A stretch of DNA of 56,494 bases from an uncultured Mycobacteriaceae bacterium. GTDB lineage: Bacteria > Pseudomonadota > Alphaproteobacteria > DSM-16000 > Inquilinaceae. The stretch lies in NCBI GenBank assembly GCA_964615535.1, contig CAZTNV010000001.1:3012-59505 (forward strand), written 5' to 3'. A model generated the notes under the pieces. It was not told the origin of the DNA. It worked only from the letters and a program-made list of their open reading frames with translations, and ran no database searches. The translations under genes were made by a program, and so were the position numbers. Below, one piece after another: positions 52,501 to 56,494 of this stretch (its first letter is position 1; each line of letters begins with the position of its first letter).

Positions 52501-55500
52501 AGTTCCAGATGGGACCGCAGCCTGCCCGCGCCGCGGCAGAGCGCAGGCAATCCGGCTGACGGAATTGCCGCCAGGCGGTCGGCCCAGGCCTCGCGCAATG
52601 CGGCGAAGGCGGCCTCGGATCGCGCCGAGACCGGCAGCATCAGCCACGGCATCGCGCCATCCGCCGGCACCGCAATCCGGGCGGGTGCCTGCTCGACCAG
52701 CGCCTGGGCGATGGTGCCCGAGAAGCCGAACGAGGTGACGCTGGCGCGGCGCGGCCGGTCGAACGCCGGCCAGGGCTCCGGCGCCGCCGGCAGGCGGGCG
52801 GGGATTCGCGCGAGATCGATCGCCGGGTTGAGCCGATCGAGGGGATGCGGCGGCACCACGCCGCGGCCCATCGCGGCGATGGTCTTGATCAGCCCGGCGA
52901 TGCCGGCGGCCGCCTCCAGGTGGCCGATCACGATCTTGGCCGTACCGATCAGCAGCGGCGCCGCGCGCGGGCCGGCGAAGACCTCGGCGAGCGAACGGAA
53001 CTCGATCGGGTCGCCCAGGCGCGTGCCGGTACCGTGCGCCTCGACATAGTCGACATCCGCCGCGCTCCAGCCGGCCCGCGCGAGGCCGTTGCGCATCAGC
53101 GCGACGCGCGCGGCCGGGTCGGGCACGGTCAGCCCGCTGCGCGCGCCTTCCTGGCGCAGCGCGGTGCCGGCGATGACGGCGTGGATGCGGCGCCCCTGGG
53201 CCTGCGCGTCCGACAGCCGCGCGAGGACGAGCATGCCGCAGCCCTCGCCGCGCACATAGCCGTCGGCCGCGGCGTCGAAGGTCTTGCACCGGCCGTCGGC
53301 GGCGAGCATGCCGGCGCGTCGCAGCGCCGCCTCGACATCGGGCGAGAGCAGCACCTGGACGCCGCCCGCGAGCGCGAGATCCGCATCGCCCGAGACGAGG
53401 CTGCGGCAGGCGAGATGCAGCGCGGCCAGGGAGGAGGAGCAGGCGGTGTCCACCACCACGGCCTCCCCTTCGGTGCCGAGGATGTGCGCGAGCCGCCCGG
53501 CCGCGGCCGCCGGCGCGTTGCCCGTGCCGTAATGCGCGTCGAGCGCCGCGCCCGCCCCGGCCGCAAAGGGCAGGCAACCGTATTCGCCCGCCGTCATGCC
53601 GAGATGGATGGCGACGGCGCGCCCCTTCAGCGCGAGCGGCGGGATCCCCGCATCCTCCAGTGCGTGCCAGCCGGTATCGAGCACCAGCCGGTGCTGCGGG
53701 TCGAGCGAGGCGGCCTCGCGCGGGGAGAGGCCGAAGAAGGCGGCGTCGAACCCCTCGATCGCCGCGAGCAGATGCCCCTCGCGCCGGCTGCCGGCGCGCG
53801 TCTCGGTGCGCTTGGCCGGGCTGCCTTCGAGCAGCAGGTCGAGGAAGGCGGTCGGATCGGTGCGGTCCCCGCGCTCGCCGCCGGGCATGCGGCAGCCCAT
53901 GCCGATCACCGCGACCGCATCCTCGCGCACCGGCGCGGCGGGCAGGCGCGCAGGGGCGGGGCGATCCTCCGCCGCGAGGCGGTCGAGCAGGTGCGCGGCG
54001 AGCCGGCCCAGGGTCGGCGCCTCGAAGGCAAGGGTTTCTGGCAGTCTGAGGCCGAACGCCGCCTCGATGCGCGCCGCGGCCTCCGCCGCTCCGGCGGAAT
54101 CGAGACCGAGATCGAAGAAGCCGGTCTCCTCCGGCAGCCTTTCCCCGGGTCGCCCGAGCAGCGGCGCGAGAATGCTGTTCAGCGCATCCGTCACGAGCAG
54201 GCGTCGCTCGGCGGGCCCGGCGCGGCGCAGGCGGGTCGCGAGGCTCTCCTCCTCCTCCTCCTCCGGCGCGGCGTCGGCGAGCATGGCCGTGGCGGCCTGC
54301 CCCTCCGCTTCGCCCCAGCGCCGCTCGGCGATGATCGCCAGCTCGCCGGCAAGCCATGCGCGCCGCATCTCGAGCCGGCGCACCTTGCCGCTGGTGGTCC
54401 GTTTCAGCGTGCCCTGGCGCAGCAGCCCGACCGCGTGCAGCAGGATGCCGTGCTCCGCCGCCACATGCGCGCGGATCGCCTCGATCAGGCGTGCATCCGC
54501 CGCCGCATCCGCGCGCGCGGCCTCGTGCAGCAGCACCGCCGCCTCGCCGGCCGGCGTCTCGACGGCGAAGCAGGCGCCGGCCCGCGGCGGCAGGCGCGGA
54601 TCGAGCCGGTCGAGACCGTCTTCGATATCGGCGGGGTAGTGGCACCTGCCGCGCAGGATGATGGCATCCTTGATGCGCCCCGTGACGAGCAGGCGCGGGC
54701 CGATCAGCACGCCGAGATCGCCCGTGCGCAGGAAACGGCCGGCCGGCGTCCCGTCCGCGTTGCGCAGCACGGCGCGGAAGACCGATTCGCTCTCCGCCGG
54801 GCGGTTCCAGTAGCCCGGGCCGATGGAGGGGCCGGCGAGCCAGATCTCGCCCACCATGCCCTCCGGGCGCTCCTGCGCGGTCTCGGGATCGACGATGCGC
54901 AGGTCGAAACCGACCGGGTGATCGCTGCACGCCGCGAGGTCGCGGCCGCCGGGGGCGGCCGGCTCGGCCGGCACGGCGCGCCCCTCGCGCAGCGCCGCCG
55001 CATCGAGCCTGACCGGCGCGAGCCCGTCACTGCGCACCACCGCGCCGGCCAACAGCGTTGCCTCGGCCAAGCCGTAGCTCGGGCAGATCGCCGCCGCGCG
55101 CAGCCCGGCGGCGCGGAAATGCGCGTGGAAGGCCGCAAGCGTCGCGGGACGGATCGGCTCGGCGCCGATCGTGACGCGCCGGACGCTGGACAGGTCGAGG
55201 CTCGCGACCGCCTCCGCGGGCACCTTTCGCACGCACAGGTCGAGCGCGAAGTTCGGCGCCGGCAGAACCGTCGCGCGATGCTCGGAGGCGAGCCGCAGCC
55301 AGAGCAGCGGGTCCTGCACGAAGCGCGCCGCGGGCATGAGCACCGAGCATCCTCCGGCATGCAGCGGATAGAGGACGCCGGCGATCAGCCCCATGTCGTG
55401 GTGCAGCGGCATCCAGTTCGCCATCACGAAGTCGGGCGTCGGCGGGTGCACATGCCCCATGGTGAGGTAATTCGCCGCGAGCGCGGCATGGGTGTTGATC

Positions 55501-56045
55501 ACGCCCTTCGGGTCGCCGGTCGAACCCGAGGTGTATTGCAGGAAGGCGATGTCCTGCGCGCCCGGGAGCGGCCTTGCGGTGCGCATGCCGGGCGCGGCGT
55601 CATCGAGATGGATGGCGGCCAGCCGGTGCGCGGTCAGGAACCCCTCGAAGGCGGCGGCCGAGGCGGCGGCGATGGCGCGCAACGTCACGACGCCGGCGGC
55701 GCCGCAATCGGCGGCAATGTGCGTGAGCTTCGCGAGCACGCGCGCGAGCCGCGACGGGCCCGGCAGGTTGACCGGCACGGCGATCACCCCGGCGCGGAAG
55801 CAGCCGAGCATCGCCTCGACATACTCGATCCCGCAGGGCAGCAGGATCAGCACGCGCTCGCCCTTCGCGAAGCGCGCGGCGAGGGCGGCGGCCAGCGCCT
55901 CCATCCGCTCCGCGAGCCCCGCCCAGTCGCGGTCGCCGGCCGGCGCGCCGGGACCGCCCGAGAAGCGCAGCGCGATGCGGCCCGGATCGCGCGCCGCGTG
56001 CGCGGCGATGCGCTCGGGAAGACTCTGCACGACGTCCGAACTCAT
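43539..56045 (-). CDS. Hybrid PKS-NRPS megasynthase: FAAL-ACP-KS-AT-KR-ACP-Cy-A(MT-like insert)-PCP-Cy-PCP (MicC-like front end fused to an HMWP2/Irp2-like NRPS)
   Basis: 4168 aa from [19 protein letters not shown] at 56045 overlaps the stop of the upstream TE-encoding gene (ATGA). Domain motifs are listed in the sub-features. Confidence 0.9.
   Translation of the reverse strand: [4168 protein letters not shown]
43653..43880 (-). other. PCP-2 (no dedicated A domain)
   Basis: [15 protein letters not shown]. Confidence 0.8.
43968..45260 (-). other. Heterocyclisation domain Cy-2 (ExxxxD variant)
   Basis: [25 protein letters not shown] (Glu codon 44868-44870 at the first Asp position), and [12 protein letters not shown]. 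Confidence 0.85.
45333..45545 (-). other. PCP-1
   Basis: [15 protein letters not shown] (checked against DNA at 45441-45470). Confidence 0.9.
45588..48275 (-). other. Adenylation domain (Cys-type by motif resemblance), interrupted by an inserted domain
   Basis: [71 protein letters not shown], then about 420 aa of insert, then AYMVP..[11 protein letters not shown] (A10 Lys). Confidence 0.85.
45708..46970 (-). other. Methyltransferase-like domain inserted between A8 and A9/A10, SAM motif degenerate
   Basis: The region equivalent to motif I reads [17 protein letters not shown] instead of xLExGxGxG. The placement matches the inserts of HMWP2/PchE-type A domains. Confidence 0.6.
48348..49661 (-). 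other. Heterocyclisation domain Cy-1
   Basis: [14 protein letters not shown], DxxxxD motif SLDLLIADA, and [12 protein letters not shown]. Confidence 0.85.
49728..49940 (-). other. ACP-2
   Basis: [15 protein letters not shown]. Confidence 0.85.
50178..51320 (-). other. KR-1 (structural plus catalytic subdomains, intact Tyr)
   Basis: [40 protein letters not shown]. Confidence 0.85.
51528..52415 (-). other. AT-1 (intact)
   Basis: [30 protein letters not shown]. Confidence 0.9.
52668..53921 (-). other. KS-1
   Basis: [37 protein letters not shown]. Confidence 0.9.
53973..54230 (-). other. ACP-1
   Basis: [13 protein letters not shown], preceded by an EEEEEE linker. Confidence 0.8.
54303..56045 (-). 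other. Fatty acyl-AMP ligase (FAAL) loading domain
   Basis: [30 protein letters not shown] and [20 protein letters not shown], the FadD32/FAAL-type C-terminal pattern. It is followed directly by a carrier domain. Confidence 0.8.
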
Positions 56046-56494
56046 GACGCGGCCTCCGTGATCGGCGTCCTGGACGCGATGCGCACAAGGAAGTCGGCGA
56101 TGGCCCGCGCGACGGCAGGCGCAGCCGGCTCGCGCAGCAGGCCCCAATGGTCCGCGTCGATGGCGAGCGCCTCGGCGCGCGCGGGCAGGATCTCCGCCCA
56201 GGCAGGCTCGGGGACGGGCCAGCCGGCCTCGCGCCGCGCCGCCCAGAGGCAGAGGGCCGGGCAGGTAACAGGCACGGGCCGGAAGGCGGCGAGCGCGCCG
56301 ATCTGCCCCTCGACGATCCGCGCGAGCCAGGGCGGTGCCTCGTGCCCGAGTGCCGCGGCACGCGCCGCGAAGGCCGCATGCGCCCGCCAGTCCACCGGAT
56401 CGAGCAGCACCAGCCCCGCGACCGGCAGACCCGTCCGTGCCCGCCGCGCGGCGAGAGCCGCTGCCAGCACCGCACCGGAGGACCAGCCGCCGAG
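56042..56494 (-). CDS. C-terminal thioesterase (alpha/beta hydrolase) domain of an upstream gene; 3' end only, gene enters from beyond the window end
   Basis: Reverse translation of 56471-56494 gives LGGWSSGA (GxSxG elbow), in frame with track ORF 56042..56470. DADHWGLL supplies the catalytic His. The stop overlaps the FAAL gene start. Confidence 0.75.
   Translation of the reverse strand, partial: [150 protein letters not shown]

Noticed and set aside
43539-56147. Extra 34 N-terminal codons of the track ORF for the megasynthase, and likewise 43523..43597 for the PKS
   Set aside because: These extensions overlap the preceding genes. The internal ATGs at 56045 and 43522 give the ATGA coupling or a proper AGGA RBS, and they coincide with the start of domain homology.

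Overview
Very high-GC window (visually about 70% or more), with very high third-position GC in genuine coding frames. It is probably from an alphaproteobacterium (Rhodospirillales/Acetobacteraceae-like), but that taxon call is only a guess from gene content. All product calls come from motifs read by eye, with no database search. There are three blocks. (1) 1-6057, minus strand: an Mrp/Mbh-type multisubunit cation/proton antiporter-like module in the order E-F-G-DUF4040-B-D-D-D, which runs off the window start. (2) 6540-22933, plus strand except one reversed cytochrome c gene at 13658-14263: a respiratory block. It holds a complete alternative complex III operon (actABCDEF). Next comes one tightly overlapping gene string: small secreted protein, TAT gamma subunit, GMC flavoprotein dehydrogenase, membrane-anchored diheme cytochrome c4, lipoprotein cytochrome c, caa3-type oxidase subunit II-c, fused subunit I+III and a small membrane protein. 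(3) 22934-56494: an iron-acquisition and secondary-metabolite island behind an atypical 0.9 kb lower-GC junction. It contains a Fur-box promoter, an AraC (YbtA/PchR-like) regulator, a TonB-dependent receptor, exbB-exbD-tonB and an Sfp-type PPTase. On the minus strand lies a long co-directional biosynthesis/export operon: TE-containing gene (partial), 12.5 kb FAAL-ACP-KS-AT-KR-ACP-Cy-A-PCP-Cy-PCP megasynthase, KS-(AT remnant)-cMT-KR-ACP PKS, thiazolinyl reductase, SAM methyltransferase, type II thioesterase, RND adaptor and RND pump. The best candidate for something new is this yersiniabactin/micacocidin-like thiazoline siderophore line. It has a fatty-acyl-primed PKS front end, a decayed AT, a KR whose catalytic Tyr is His, a split non-colinear terminal module and RND export. 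No rRNA, tRNA, CRISPR array or transposase was recognised. Many long ORFs in the track are antisense or out-of-frame artefacts of the high GC content.
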